Source: Sedimentisphaerales bacterium (lineage in GTDB: Bacteria; Planctomycetota; Phycisphaerae; Sedimentisphaerales; Anaerobacaceae). Taken from it: DNA of 64,000 nt. The notes below the pieces were generated by a model, which was not told the DNA's origin, made no database searches, and saw nothing but the letters and a program-made list of their open reading frames with translations. The DNA lies in NCBI GenBank assembly GCA_963708075.1, contig OY970194.1, positions 5,504,001 through 5,568,000 of the forward strand. The letters are read 5' to 3'. Below, piece after piece: positions 48,186-62,574 of the stretch; within the stretch, counting starts at the first letter, position 1; the number at the start of each line of letters is the position of its first letter. The position numbers and the translations under genes are program-made.

Positions 48186-51100
48186 TTGTCTGCCATTCGG
48201 AAATGTGGGATATCCGGTCGTTCAAAAGTTCTGCGGATTCTGTGGGTGTTGTTGGCGTGCCTGCTGCAATGGGGACCGGGTCTTTGTCCGGCGGTGCGGG
48301 CGAATGATGGTTCGCCCCTGCGGATCAACGAGGTCCTGGCAGCCAACAACAGCGTTCTGGAAGACCCTCAGAAGGAGTACGACGACTGGATTGAGATTTA
48401 CAATGCGGGCGCAGTGCCCGTGGATGTCGCGGGGATGTATGTCACCGATGACTTGGGCGAGCCGACCAAATGGCAATTCCCGTCGGGTCATCCGGAGCTC
48501 ACGGTCATCCAACCCGGTGGATTCCTCCTGCTTTGGGCCGATGGTGATACTGCGGACCCGGGCCTCCACGCGGGCTTCAATCTCAGCGCCGATGGAGAGG
48601 AACTCGGTCTGTTCAACTCCGATGGGGTCACGCTGGTGGACAGCCTATCCTTCGGCCCCCAGTCTGTGGATGTCTCCTACGGCCGTTACCCGGATGGCTC
48701 GAGCGAGCTGCGGCCCATGGGCTGGCCCACCCCGGGCGACAAGAACATCAGCACCTATGCCGGGGCGGTCGCCCAGCCGCAATTGTCTCAGACCCGAGGG
48801 TTCTACGACCAGGCTTTCACTTTGGAGCTGACGACAGAAACCGAGGGCGCCACCATCTACTACACGCTCACCGGCGTCGATCCCCTTGTTGGAGCGGGGC
48901 GCGTGCCGGTAGGGACACGGTACACCGAGCCGATCCAGATCTCCCGAACGACCTGCGTGCCGCGCGGCGGCCACTAAGGCCGGCTGGATGCCGACGGCTA
49001 CAGTCACCTCCACCTACATCTTCCTCGACACCGTCATCCGGCAGCCTGTGTTGCCATCGGGGTTTCCGTCAAATTGGGGGTCGACCCGGGTTGATTACGA
49101 GATGGACCCCGATGTCGTTAATAGCCCGGCCTACGCATCGACCATCAAGGATGACCTCAAGACAATCCCATCCGTGAGCGTCGTCCTGAGCAATGACGAT
49201 TTCTTCGGCGCCCAGAAAGGCATCTACGCCAACACCCAGGCCCATGGAATCGAATGGGAGAAGCGGGCCTCGATCGAATGGATCGATCCGATGAAGGGGG
49301 ACAACTTCCAGGTGAACGCAGGCCTGCGTGTGCACGGGAGCCAGTACGGCAGAACAGCCGGCGTGGCCAAGCATTCGCTGCGGGTTCTCTTCCGGAATGA
49401 ATACGGTCCCTCCCGGTTGGAGTATCCGCTCTTTGAGGACAGTGACATTGACCGCTTTGACTGCCTGATCCTTCGCGGCATCTGGAACTACTCGTGGTTC
49501 GGCGACAGCGCGGCGTGCGGCGGCATTGGAACCAGCCATGCGGATTACCTGCGGGACCTCTACTCACGGGACACGGTCCGCGACCTGGGCCGGCTGAACC
49601 CGCGCGGCAGACCCGTTCACGTCTATATCAACGGTCTCTACTGGGGCCTCTACATTCTGTCCGAAAGGCCCGACGACGGTTTTGCTGCGGAGCATCTCGG
49701 GGGAAACAAAGAAGACTACGACGTCCTCTACGCCAATGGCTCGATGGAAGTAGTCGCAGGCGATCTGGCGGCGTGGAACACGATGCTGACTGCTGCGGCG
49801 GGCGATCTGAGCAGCCCGCAGGCATACGAGGCATTCCAGCGGCTCGTGGATGTCCCTTCCATGATCGATTACCTGCTGATGGTTTACTACGTGGGCAGCC
49901 GGGATGCGCCCGTGCTCCTGTGCAACAATCAGGTGCCCCGCAACTTCTACACGCTGCGCCGCCGCAATCCGGCAGGGCCTTTTGTATTCCTGCCGTGGGA
50001 TGTAGAGTGGACTCTTGAATCGCCGACGGAAGACCGGGTGAGAGTCGTCGGGCAGGCCAACCCGCACTACCTGCTCAGCCGGCTGAATGCTAACGCGGAT
50101 TTCCGCGTGCTGCTGGCCGACCACATCTATCGGCAACTCTTCAATGACGGAGCGCTGACCCCGTCCAACTCGGCTGGACGCTATATGGCGCGTGCGACTG
50201 AGATCGATCGCGCCATCGTCGGCGAGTCTGCCCGATGGGGCGACAGCATCAGATCCAATCAGCCTTATACGCGTGTGGACTGGATCGCCGAGCGCGACCG
50301 GTTGGTGAATCAGTATTTCTCCAGCCGTACCGACACCGTGATGAGTCAGCTCCGGCAAGCGGGTTTCTATCCATCTGTTTCGCCGCCCGACTTCCTCGTG
50401 AACGGCAAGCCGCAACGGGGAGGCAACATCGACGCCGGAGACGCGGTCACCCTGAGCGCTGTCACGGGGACAGTCTGGTACACCCTGGACGGCAGCGACC
50501 CGCGGGTACCGGGCGCGACGGCTTCCGGCGAGCAGCCGCTTACGTGGGTACCGGAGAACGCTCCCAAGAAAGTGCTCGTGCCGACTGGCTCGATCGGCGA
50601 CGCCTGGCGGAGTGACGCCGATTTCGACGACTCCACATGGATCAGTGGCTCAGGTGGCGTCGGGCTCGAACGAAGCAGCGGTTACGAAGCGTACTTCAGC
50701 ATCAACCTGATGAACTCGATGTACGGGAAAAATGCGACTTGTTATATTCGCATCCCGTTCGATCTCTCGGCACAGGATTATAAGGATATATCGGGGCTTC
50801 TCCTGCGGGTGCGCTACGATGACGGCTTTGTTGCCTGGCTCAACGGTGTAGAGGTCCAGCGGGCCTTGTTCAACGGCGCGCCTGCATGGAACTCGTCGGC
50901 AACCTCCAATCATGACGACAGGGACGCGGTCAACCTCGAGACGTTCGACATCTCCGCGCACATCGACAAACTCAGGAATGGTCGGAACGTCCTGGCGATT
51001 CAAGGTCTCAACGCGGGAGCGACCAGCTCCGACTTCCTGATCAGCGTGGAGTTGGCGGGGAGCAAAGGGGCGACAGGAGGGACTCCCAGCGGAGTATCCC

Positions 51101-51711
51101 CGACCGCCATCCGCTACCAGGGTTCGTTCACGCTCGATGCCAGCGCCCACATCAAGGCCCGGACTCTCAGCGGCAGCACCTGGAGCGCACTGAACGAGGC
51201 GGTCTTTGCCGTCGGGCCGGTGGCGGAGAGCCTGAGAATCAGCGAGATCATGTACCATCCGGCCGAGACAGGCGATCCCAACGATCCGAACACCGAGTAC
51301 ATCGAGCTGACCAACATCGGCAGCCAGGCCATCAACCTCAATCTGGCTCGATTCACCAACGGTGTGGATTTCACATTTGGGAACGATGAACTGGCTCCAG
51401 GCGGCTACTGCCTCGTCGTGAAGGACGCGGCGGCGTTCGAGGCCAAATACTCCTCCGGTCTGCCCGTGGTTGGGCAGTATACAGGCAGCTTGAGCAATGC
51501 CGGCGAGCGGATCGAATTGCAGGATGCGGCGGGCAACATCATCCATAGCTTCAGGTTCAATGATGGTTGGTTTGACGCCACTGATGGCCGCGGCTTCTCA
51601 CTGACCGTCAAGGACCCGAGGACAGTGGATCCGAACGCTCTCAATGATAAAAGCGTCTGGCGGCCCAGCGCTCGGACAGGCGGTTCCCCCGGCTCGAACG
51701 ACAGCCCTTGA
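48186..51711 (+). CDS. secreted lamin-tail-domain / CotH kinase-family protein; one frameshift (~48960)
   Basis: Lamin-tail motifs RINEVLA..DWIEIYN and ISEIMYHP..EYIELTN. Chitobiase-like IYYTL / WYTLDGSDP. CotH-like VYINGLYWGLY..ER, NFY, PWDVE. Start uncertain (TTG after AGGAGG). Confidence 0.82.
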
Positions 51712-51730
51712 CGGGAGCGGGGGACGACGA

Positions 51731-52204
51731 TCACTGCCTGTTTGCGCCGCCACCGGAATCGTTGCAGACCTCTATCGTATCTCCTGTGGCGATCCAGCCG
51801 GAATTGACGACCTTTGCGAAAATGCCCTCGCGGGGCATGATGCAGTCCCCGATCTGAGAGTAAATGGCGCATCGGCTGTGGCACTGCTTGCCGTGTTGGG
51901 TGATCTCCAGCACGGCCGCATCGCCGATTCTGAGTCTGCTGCCGACGATCAGCTTGCTCAGGTCGATGCCCTCGGTCGTAATATTCTCTGCAAAAGCGCC
52001 GGGCCTGACGCGGCCGCCCTGCGCCGCCATCTTCTCAATGGATTCGACGGCCAGAAGGCTGACTTGCCTGTGCCAGGAGCCGGCGTGGGCATCCCCGACG
52101 ATGCCGTGATCGCACTCCAGTTGCGCCCCCGCAACGTTGGTCTTGGACACACCTTTGTGCTCGGAAACCGAGATGGCTTTCACCGAGCCCGTGATAGTCG
52201 CCAT
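51731..52204 (-). CDS. MOSC domain protein
   Basis: GIVGDAHAG.WHRQVSLL, PGAFAENITTEG, LEITQHGKQCH..C.I...GDCIMPREGIFAKV. Confidence 0.9.
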   Translation of the reverse strand: MATITGSVKAISVSEHKGVSKTNVAGAQLECDHGIVGDAHAGSWHRQVSLLAVESIEKMAAQGGRVRPGAFAENITTEGIDLSKLIVGSRLRIGDAAVLEITQHGKQCHSRCAIYSQIGDCIMPREGIFAKVVNSGWIATGDTIEVCNDSGGGANRQ

Positions 52205-52335
52205 TTCTGCCTTTGGTCCTGCTTCACAATACGCGACGTTTCGCCCGCACCCCTCGCCGGGCGGCGGCAAACTCATCGCGCTTATCTTCGGTGGGAAGGC
52301 CTCGACCGTCAAGCCCGATTTGCGCACCGGCGCCG

Positions 52336-52717
52336 GGTGCGGCCGGCATTCGGTGGCGGGTTCGGAATCCGCCCGACACAAGAGCGCAGCGCAGTCTTCT
52401 TTCGCCCCTGCGGGGCTTTGAGATAGGATTGACTATCGTACCCACCGTTGAAACGGTGGGCTAGTGTCGATCGCCCCCGTGGGGCGGACGGGCCGACGCA
52501 AGAGGACTGGAGCGCAGTCCAGGCTCGAAGGGCGATAGAGAATAGCTGCAACACCTGCGGGATAGTGATCGATCGGTCCGGGTGCTGTCCAAGCCCGCAG
52601 GGCGATAGAGAATAGCCCAGCGATTCATCGCTGGGGAACCGAGGCCGAGGACAAAAGCCAGTCCCGTAAGGGACGAAAGAGGCGCAGTCCGCACACGGCG
52701 GCTGCACGCCGCCACCG
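52336..52717. mobile_element. MITE-like non-coding element, copy 2 (inverted relative to 27266-27575), with an internal ~70-bp expansion
   Basis: Collinear with the reverse complement of copy 1. AGGGCGATAGAGAATAGC occurs twice. Confidence 0.75.
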
Positions 52718-52742
52718 AATTCCGACCACACCCGCCGGCAGT

Positions 52743-52817
52743 GTCTCTGCAGGTCTTGGGGCACCGTGTTGGGTGGCATCGGCAAGCTCCGTTTCTCTCC
52801 TCTTGCCGCTGGCACCC
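52743..52817. repeat. REP-like palindrome, GGGTGGCA family
   Basis: Reverse-complement near-copy of 17306-17380. Confidence 0.75.
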
Positions 52818-52878
52818 TACCACCAGACTGTCTTCACAGATACGATACCGCCGCCAGTTCACTGATGGATGTGCGCGG

Positions 52879-55364
<2,486 letters not shown>

Positions 55365-55394
55365 CGTCTTTCTCCTTTCAGCAGTTGTCGTGCT

Positions 55395-55847
55395 TCATAG
55401 ATCGTTGCCGATAGCCGATGTCGCAGCCCGCGCCATCGTCTCAGAAATACGGTTCAGAAACTCGACCAGGGTATCTGCTTCGTCGGGCCGCAAGGCCGCC
55501 AGCAGGCGCTGCCGCACCGGCTCGCTGTCCGCCCACAGCCTATCATATACCTGCCGTCCCTTACGCGTCAGCGTGACGCTGCGCGCGCGGCGGTCGGTGG
55601 GATGTCCCTTGCGTGCCACCAGGCCGCGGCTCTCCATCCGCACGAGCATGGCGCGAACCGTATTGGCGTCGGATGAAGCCCGTCGGACGAGTTCCTGTTG
55701 AGTGATCCCATCCTGTTCCGCCAGGAGGGCCAGAAGGACGAATTGATCGGCCGTCACCCCGCCCCTGGCAAGCCGCGCCTGTGTCCGGCGGTGCATCCCC
55801 CAGTAGGCGGCTCGCAACCCCATCGCAATGTCATGCCCGGACGCCAT
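55395..55847 (-). CDS. MarR family transcriptional regulator
   Basis: VTADQFVLL, GITQQEL, MESRGLVAR..HPTDRRA..VTLT.KG. Confidence 0.92.
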   Translation of the reverse strand: MASGHDIAMGLRAAYWGMHRRTQARLARGGVTADQFVLLALLAEQDGITQQELVRRASSDANTVRAMLVRMESRGLVARKGHPTDRRARSVTLTRKGRQVYDRLWADSEPVRQRLLAALRPDEADTLVEFLNRISETMARAATSAIGNDL

Positions 55848-55867
55848 CCCTTCACCCCGGCAAGAAT

Positions 55868-55881
55868 ATACGTATACGTAT
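55868..55881. promoter_or_regulatory. candidate MarR operator
   Basis: Perfect 14-bp palindrome ATACGTATACGTAT, 20 nt upstream of the marR start, overlapping a TATATT -10-like hexamer on the minus strand. Confidence 0.6.
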
Positions 55882-56245
55882 GAGTCTGGCGGAAAGTCTA
55901 CGGCCGCATGACAGAAAGGTCAACCGGAAAATGCAAGCTTTGTGGGAGCAGTGTCTGTGCAGGTTTCTTGAGGATTATGCCACCCAAATCTCAACCATGT
56001 GGGACGAACCCGACGAGTTTGGCGGTGCCGCACGGGGACATGGAATACCTGGTCGCCGTCGGCTTAAAGCACGCGTGGGTTGCCGCCTGTACGGGCGAAA
56101 CATTCTTCGCCCCTGCGGATCAGGCGACAACCCACGCGAAATCCTTATCCTTGCTCGGAGGATCGGCAAAGGAGCAAGCGATCCTCAACGTCACCGCAGG
56201 GCCACTTTCCGGCGGTCCACCTGCGTTTCTTCACCCATCGTCCGG

Positions 56246-59211
56246 TCAGAGCGGCTTGTACACGGGCGCCGTTCTGTCGGCCAGGCCGGCCACTTCCGCC
56301 CCGGTCAGCGGGCGGTTATAGATCCGCACGTCATCGACCGATCCGCGCATGGGCTCGGTGGGGTAGTCGATGCCGATTCGCAGATCCTCTCCGACGGCCA
56401 TGAACAGCGGGGTGCCCGTGACCACCATGGTCCTGACCAGGATGCCATTGACGTACATCTCGACCGTGTCGGCGGGGTCATCAAGTACATAGCAGATGTG
56501 ATACCACTCACCCGTCGAGAGAGCCGCCGGGACATCGATGGTCGTACTCAACCAGGCGGTTCCGTTGCCGATGTCGGCGTGAACGAGGGTGGCGCTGACC
56601 TTCAGATCGAACGTGTATTCACCGTTGAATCGCGTTCCTATGATTCCGCGATTGCCGGCGATGTCGGAGACGTTCACCCAGGCCGCTACGGTGAAGGTGT
56701 TGAGTGCCAGATCGGCCGCGTAGGGCACGTTGATGTACTGGTCGAGCGTAACGTTCAGCGCCTGACCGAACTTGCCGTCCACGAATGTCGGCACGTTGAC
56801 CAGCGTGCCATTGTGTTTGCCGGTCGCATCCTTGCCATCCCCGTCGAGAAGATAGTGGGCCACCAGGCCGGCCGTACTCGGAGCAGCCGGCGCAGTCATT
56901 TCAACAGGCTTGGGGTACAACCGGATATCATCGATGAGCAGCGTGCCGGCTGCCCCGGCGCCCTCGATGCCGATCGTCAGCTTCGAGACGCTCTTCAGGT
57001 TGACGCCGGCCTTGGCCAGGTCGACGGCAAATGTCACCCACATGGGCTGCCGGAGATCACCCGCGGCACCCTCGTAGAACAACTTGGCGCCGTTGTTGAC
57101 CTGGACATACAGTTGGGCGTCCTTGTTGTCCGCCATGCCGGTGAAATACAGGGCCAGCGACTGGATGCCATGTTTGGTCCAGTCCTGCGGCTCGTCGAAC
57201 GTGCGTGTCGTCCCGGAGGTCGCCTTGCCCTCGTAGCCGTAATAGAACGGCGCGGACAGGCTGCCGCCGTGGATCCTCCTGGTCTCCATGATGTCGCCTG
57301 CCTGCGGGTCATAGCCGATCAGCGCGCCGGTCCCATTGCCGTCGTTGCCCTTCGGGAAGAAGTCGTCCGGCGAGAACCCCAGGCCGTCGATCCAGGTCTG
57401 GAAGACCCGCATCGGCGATTCGTTCGTATAGCTCTCAAAATCATCGAGCGCAATAAACGGTTCTGCGGTGAAGCTCCAGACATCGCTTTCCCAGACGGCC
57501 GGATCTTCGGCGGCATTAGCCTCGACCACCTGCCAGTAATAGGTCTTTCCGAGATCCACGTCGACCTCGCAGGTCGGCTCGGTCACTGTGGCGACCCTGG
57601 TGAGATTGTTCGGATCGACGCCCAGGTACACGTCGTGCGTTGCCGCTTCGCGCCCATAGCGCCAGCTCAGCATCGCCGCCGCAGCCACGTTGGAGGTGTT
57701 GTTCGCCGGCTGGGGCTGCCGCGCCCGCACCGGCACGAAGAAGAAGCGCACCTCGCTCAGGCTATACTGCTTGACCTTGCCGCCCCAGTTGCTCTTGATT
57801 GTCAACTTGACATACTTGGCGATGGCTCCGCCGAAATCCACGGGTTTGTCGCCCGCATACGCCGGCGTGCCGGACGCCCTGCCAATCACATAGTCGCCCA
57901 AGGCTTTCCAGGTGTTGGCGTCTGTGGAGTATTCGATGGTGACGTCTTTCGCCCCGACCCCGAAGAGGCTTTCGTAGGTCTGGTTGGAGTTCCAGACCAC
58001 CATCTGGTCCAGTTTGTGGACCCGGTCAAACTCGTACTGAATCCACGGCTGCGGGTCGGAGGCTCTGCTGAGCCACATGTCCGCGGCCACGGTCGAGTGC
58101 TGCCCGGCGGGGTTCAGGCCGGAGCCATCAACCGTCTTTTGAGGCAGGCTGTTCTTGTCATAGGTACTCGAGGCCGTGACCTTGACATCCGTGACGGCAT
58201 AGGAGCGAGGCTCGACCGCAAAGCTCCACACCCTGCCCGCATAGATTGTGTTGTCCGGCGGCGCATTGACTTCGTCGATGCGCCAATAGTAGGTCTGTCC
58301 GAAGGCAAGCCGGCCCGGATCAAACGTATTGGCATCCTGAGCCTGGCTGACGAGCACGCCTCTGGGATCGGTCCTGCCGGCCGCCGTGACATCCGCCAGC
58401 GATGTTCCAAGGTACACGTCGTGCTTGGCGGCCCAGGGGCCGGGGGTCCACGAAAGGACGACGCCATCGCGCAGCAGGTCGGTCTGGCCGTCGGCCGGAC
58501 TGGGATGGGACGCCAACCCGGGTCCGAGAAGGACCTCATTGGTGATGCCGTAGAAGTGCATGCCGTAATTAGTGACGGTAACGGTGAACTGGAACGTGAC
58601 GTCCGTGTCGTCGGCGGTAAACGTGTAGTCCAGGTAGTGAGCCCCGCCGGCATCCTCCCAGAAGCTCATCGTATCGACGAATGCGCCGTTCCTATCTCCA
58701 TCCGCTTTGAGGTTGAAGACCCTCGATGCATCCGAAGGCTCCGTCCATGTGCGATAGTAGAAGCGGGTGGAATATGTCGTCCTGGGGACTAGATTCGACA
58801 GTGTCAGCCGCATGGCGTCGCCCACAGCCGGGGAGGCGTGATAGACCATGTCCCACAGTAATTCTACGCAACCTCCATCCGCCTGAGTGGACGGGTCGCT
58901 GCCCGCGTGGGTCGCTGAGATGTTCGTCGTGGCCCGCGTGTCTGAGATCGTATAGCCATACCCTTGGCTGCTGGTGCCGGTATACGCGGCGGTCAGGTTG
59001 GCGGTCGGTCCCCGTTCGAAAACGACCCCATTGATCGTAGTGGCGCACGGCTGCCGAAGTCGAAGGCGTGGGTGTACGTCTTACTGGTGCTGATGCCCGT
59101 GGCGGCGTCGGTGCCCTTCGCCGGCAGATCAACGATGGTGAATGTCCCGGCCTGGGCGGTCATGCCCACCGCCAGCAGACAACAGATGACGATGAAGAAT
59201 CGTTTACACAT
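56246..59211 (-). CDS. secreted discoidin / LamG-like multidomain protein, paralog of 59395-62364; two apparent frameshifts (~59040, ~58865)
   Basis: Signal peptide MCKRFFIV. TFTIVDLPA, YTHAFDFG, YYWRIDEVN, YSLSEVRF, DDFESY, DDVRIYNRPL. Confidence 0.85.
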
Positions 59212-59307
59212 GGCCTCGGCCCTCCAAAACAGCAAGGATACACATTGCCTGATGCTCCATGAATGCACGCACGATATCAGATAGGTCATGTTCCTGCACG
59301 CAGCCGA

Positions 59308-59340
59308 GGCCTGGACCCGTGGTTCGCACGGGTCCAGGCC
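59308..59340. other. perfect 14-bp GC-rich hairpin between the tandem paralogs
   Basis: GGCCTGGACCCGTG-GTTCG-CACGGGTCCAGGCC, with no U-tract. Confidence 0.6.
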
Positions 59341-59394
59341 CCGGAGATGCGCGTGTACTGCGCGTTTCTATCCTGCCGGTTCCCTGACCACCGA

Positions 59395-62364
59395 TCAGAA
59401 CGGTGTGTACACGGGGGCCGTTCTGTCGGCCAGGCCGGCCACTTCCGCCCCGGTCAATGGGCGGTTGTAGATGCGGACATCATCGATGCTGCCGCGGAAG
59501 ACCTCGCCGGGATAGTCCACGCCGATCCGCAGGTCCTGCCCGGACTTCATCATCAACGGCACGCCGGTAACGGTCATCTTCCTGGCCAGCATGCCGTTGA
59601 GGTACATCTCGACCGTGTCGGCGGGGTCATCGAACACGTAGCAAATGTGGTACCACTCGCCTGTCGAGAGGGCCACCGGGATATCGACAGCCGTATTCAA
59701 CCAGGCGGTCCCATTGCCGATGTCGGCGTGAACGAGGGCGGCGCTGACCTTCAGATCGAAGGTGGTATCGCCGTTGAAACGGGTCCCTATGATTCCGCGG
59801 TTGCCGGCGATGTCGGAGACGTTCACCCAGACTGCCACGCTGAAAGTGTTGAGTGACAGGTCGGCCGCGTAGGGCACGTTGACGTGCTGGTCGAGGGTGA
59901 CGTTCAGCGCCTGGCCGAACTTGCCGTCCACGAATGTCGGTACATTGACCAGCGTGCCATTATGAGCACCGGTCGCATCCTTGCCGTCCCCATCGAGAAG
60001 ATAATGGGCCACCAGGCCGGTCGTACCCGGGGCAGCCGCCGTAATCAACGCGACAGGTTTGGCGTACAGTCGGATGTTATCGATGAGCAGCGTACCGGTT
60101 GCACCGGCGCCCTCGACGCCGACCGTCAGCTTCGAAACGCTCTTCAGGTCGACACCGGCCGCGGCCAGATCGGCGGCGAATGTCACCCAGATGGGCTGCC
60201 GGAGATCATCTGCAGCGCCCTGGAAGGACAGCTTGGCGCCATTGTTGATTCGGACATATAGTTGGGCGCCCTTGTTAGCGTTCATGCCGGTGAAATACAC
60301 AACCAGCGACTGGATGGCGTGCTTGGTCCAATCCTGTGGCTCATCGAACGTGCGTGTCGTTTCGGAGGTCGCCTTGCCGTCCGCGCCGTAATAGAACGGC
60401 ATCGACAGGCTGCCACCGTGGACCCTCTTGGTCTCCATGACGTTGCCCGACAGCGGATCATAACCGACCAGCGCGCCGGTCCCATTGCCATCGTTGCCCT
60501 TCGGGAAGAACTCGTCCGGTGAGAAGCCTACGCCGTCGATCCAGGTCTGAAAGACCCGAGTGGGCGAGTCATTCGTATAGCTCTCAAAATTATCGAGCGT
60601 GATATACGACTGTGCGGTGAAGCTCCAGACATCGCTTTCCCAGACAGCCGGATCTTCGGCGGCATTGACTTCGACCACTTTCCAATAATACTTCTTGCCG
60701 AGATCCACTCCGACCTCACAGGACGGGTCGGTCACTGTGGCTGCCAGGGCCAGGGCGTTCGGATCGGTGCCGAGATAAACCTCGTGCGTTGCCGCCTGCC
60801 GCCCGTAACGCCAGCTCAGAGTGGCCATGGCGGCCACATTGGTGGCGTTATTCGCCGGCAGGGGCTGTCGTGCCTGCATCGGTACGGAGGAGAAGCGCAC
60901 TTCGCTCAGGCTGTACATCGGCATAAGGCCGCCGCCCCAGTTGCTTTTGATCGTCAATTTGACGTACTTGGCGACCGCGCCGCCAAAGTCCACGGGCGTG
61001 TCGCCCGCATAGTCCTCCGTGCCCGGCGCCTGGCCGATCACATAGTCGCCCAGGACCTTCCAGGTGGTGGCGTCCGTGGAGTATTCGATAGTGACGTCCT
61101 TCGCCCCGAGCCCGAACAGGCTTTCCGCCGCCTGGTTGGAGTTCCAGACTATCATCTGGTCCAGGCTTTGGACTCGGTCAAATTCGTACTGGATCCACGG
61201 CTGCGGGTCGGCGGCGTTGCTGAGCCACATATCCTCAGGCTTAATCGAGTGCTGGCCCGTGGCGTTCAGGCCGGAGCCGTCGATCGTCTTTTCAGGCTGG
61301 CTGTTCGGATCGTTGAAACTCGAAGCGGTGACCTTGAGATTCGTGACGGTATAGGAGTGAGGCTCGACCGTGAAGCTCCAGATCTTGCCTGCATAGATCG
61401 TGTTGTCCGGTGCGGCATTGACCTCATCGACGCGCCAATAGTAGGTCTGTCCGAACACAAGCCGGCCTGGATCGAACGTATTGGCATTCTGAGCCTGGCT
61501 GACCAGCACGCCTCTGGGATCGGCCCTGCCGGCCGCCGCAACGTCCGCCTGTGACGTCCCAACGTACACGTCGTGCGTGGCGGCAAAGAGGCCCGAGGTC
61601 CACGAAAGAGCCGTGTCGCGCAGCACGTCGGTCTGGCCGGTCGCCGGACTTGGCTGTGAGGCACACGCGGGTTCGCGAACGACCTCATTGGTAAAGCCAT
61701 AGATGTGCACGCCGTAGTTGGCGATGGTGGTGATGAACTGGAACATGACATCCGTATCGTCGGCGGTAAATGTATAATTGACGTAATGAGCCCCGCCGGC
61801 GTCAAGCCAGACGTTGATCACATCGGAGAAAGTGCCATTGCTCTCTCCATCCGCTTTGAAATCGAGTTTTCTCGACGCGTCCGGCCCCGTGAGGGACCAG
61901 TTGCGATAATAGAATCGCGTCGAATAGACCGTCCCGGGGACGAGGTTCGACAACGTCAGCTTGATGCCCTGGTTTATGACCGACGCACCGTGATAGATCA
62001 TGTCCCACAACAACTCTTTGGAATTTCCATCCACCTGGGCGGACGGGTCGTTGCCCGCGTGGGTTGCTTGAATGTTCATAGTGGCCCGCGTGTCGGCGAT
62101 TGTGTAGCCATACCCTTGGCGGCTGGTGCGGGTATAAGCGGCGGTCAGGTTGGCCGTCGGCCCCCGCTCAAAAACAACACCGTTGATCGTGACAGGCGCA
62201 CGGCTGCCAAAGTCAAAGGCGTGGGTGTACGTCTTATTGCCGTTGATGCCGATGGCGGCATCTGTGCCCGTCGCGGGCAGATCGACGATGGTGAATGTTG
62301 CGGCCTGCGCCGTCAAGCCCGCCGTCAGCAGGCAACACAAGGAGATGCTGATTCGTTTCCACAT
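59395..62364 (-). CDS. secreted discoidin / LamG-like multidomain protein
   Basis: GGAGG RBS and signal peptide MWKRISISLCCLL. Same domain string as the downstream paralog, in one uninterrupted frame. Confidence 0.9.
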   Translation of the reverse strand: MWKRISISLCCLLTAGLTAQAATFTIVDLPATGTDAAIGINGNKTYTHAFDFGSRAPVTINGVVFERGPTANLTAAYTRTSRQGYGYTIADTRATMNIQATHAGNDPSAQVDGNSKELLWDMIYHGASVINQGIKLTLSNLVPGTVYSTRFYYRNWSLTGPDASRKLDFKADGESNGTFSDVINVWLDAGGAHYVNYTFTADDTDVMFQFITTIANYGVHIYGFTNEVVREPACASQPSPATGQTDVLRDTALSWTSGLFAATHDVYVGTSQADVAAAGRADPRGVLVSQAQNANTFDPGRLVFGQTYYWRVDEVNAAPDNTIYAGKIWSFTVEPHSYTVTNLKVTASSFNDPNSQPEKTIDGSGLNATGQHSIKPEDMWLSNAADPQPWIQYEFDRVQSLDQMIVWNSNQAAESLFGLGAKDVTIEYSTDATTWKVLGDYVIGQAPGTEDYAGDTPVDFGGAVAKYVKLTIKSNWGGGLMPMYSLSEVRFSSVPMQARQPLPANNATNVAAMATLSWRYGRQAATHEVYLGTDPNALALAATVTDPSCEVGVDLGKKYYWKVVEVNAAEDPAVWESDVWSFTAQSYITLDNFESYTNDSPTRVFQTWIDGVGFSPDEFFPKGNDGNGTGALVGYDPLSGNVMETKRVHGGSLSMPFYYGADGKATSETTRTFDEPQDWTKHAIQSLVVYFTGMNANKGAQLYVRINNGAKLSFQGAADDLRQPIWVTFAADLAAAGVDLKSVSKLTVGVEGAGATGTLLIDNIRLYAKPVALITAAAPGTTGLVAHYLLDGDGKDATGAHNGTLVNVPTFVDGKFGQALNVTLDQHVNVPYAADLSLNTFSVAVWVNVSDIAGNRGIIGTRFNGDTTFDLKVSAALVHADIGNGTAWLNTAVDIPVALSTGEWYHICYVFDDPADTVEMYLNGMLARKMTVTGVPLMMKSGQDLRIGVDYPGEVFRGSIDDVRIYNRPLTGAEVAGLADRTAPVYTPF

Positions 62365-62574
62365 GGTTTGATCCTCCGAAGGCAACACACACAGGGGATT
62401 CCACACGCTTGTCACGATGTACCAAGCATGAACAATTCTCCAAAGCCCTTCCTCATGCCTCCACCCGTACGGCCTCTCCGCACGTACACTCACACATTCT
62501 TAACACTATAGGCCATTTCCCGCCACAACTCCAGCAGGAAGCGCCCTTGTTTTGCGACATTCTCTCCCCCCGTG

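Noticed and set aside
27266..52717. Molybdenum-cofactor riboswitch, since the repeated element lies upstream of both a Mo-enzyme gene and a MOSC gene
   Set aside because: The two copies are in opposite orientation relative to those minus-strand genes and are built from REP-like palindromes. Coincidence is more likely.
56246..62364. Diversity-generating retroelement template/variable repeat pair
   Set aside because: Similarity spans whole genes, differences are not adenine-specific, and no reverse transcriptase is in the window.
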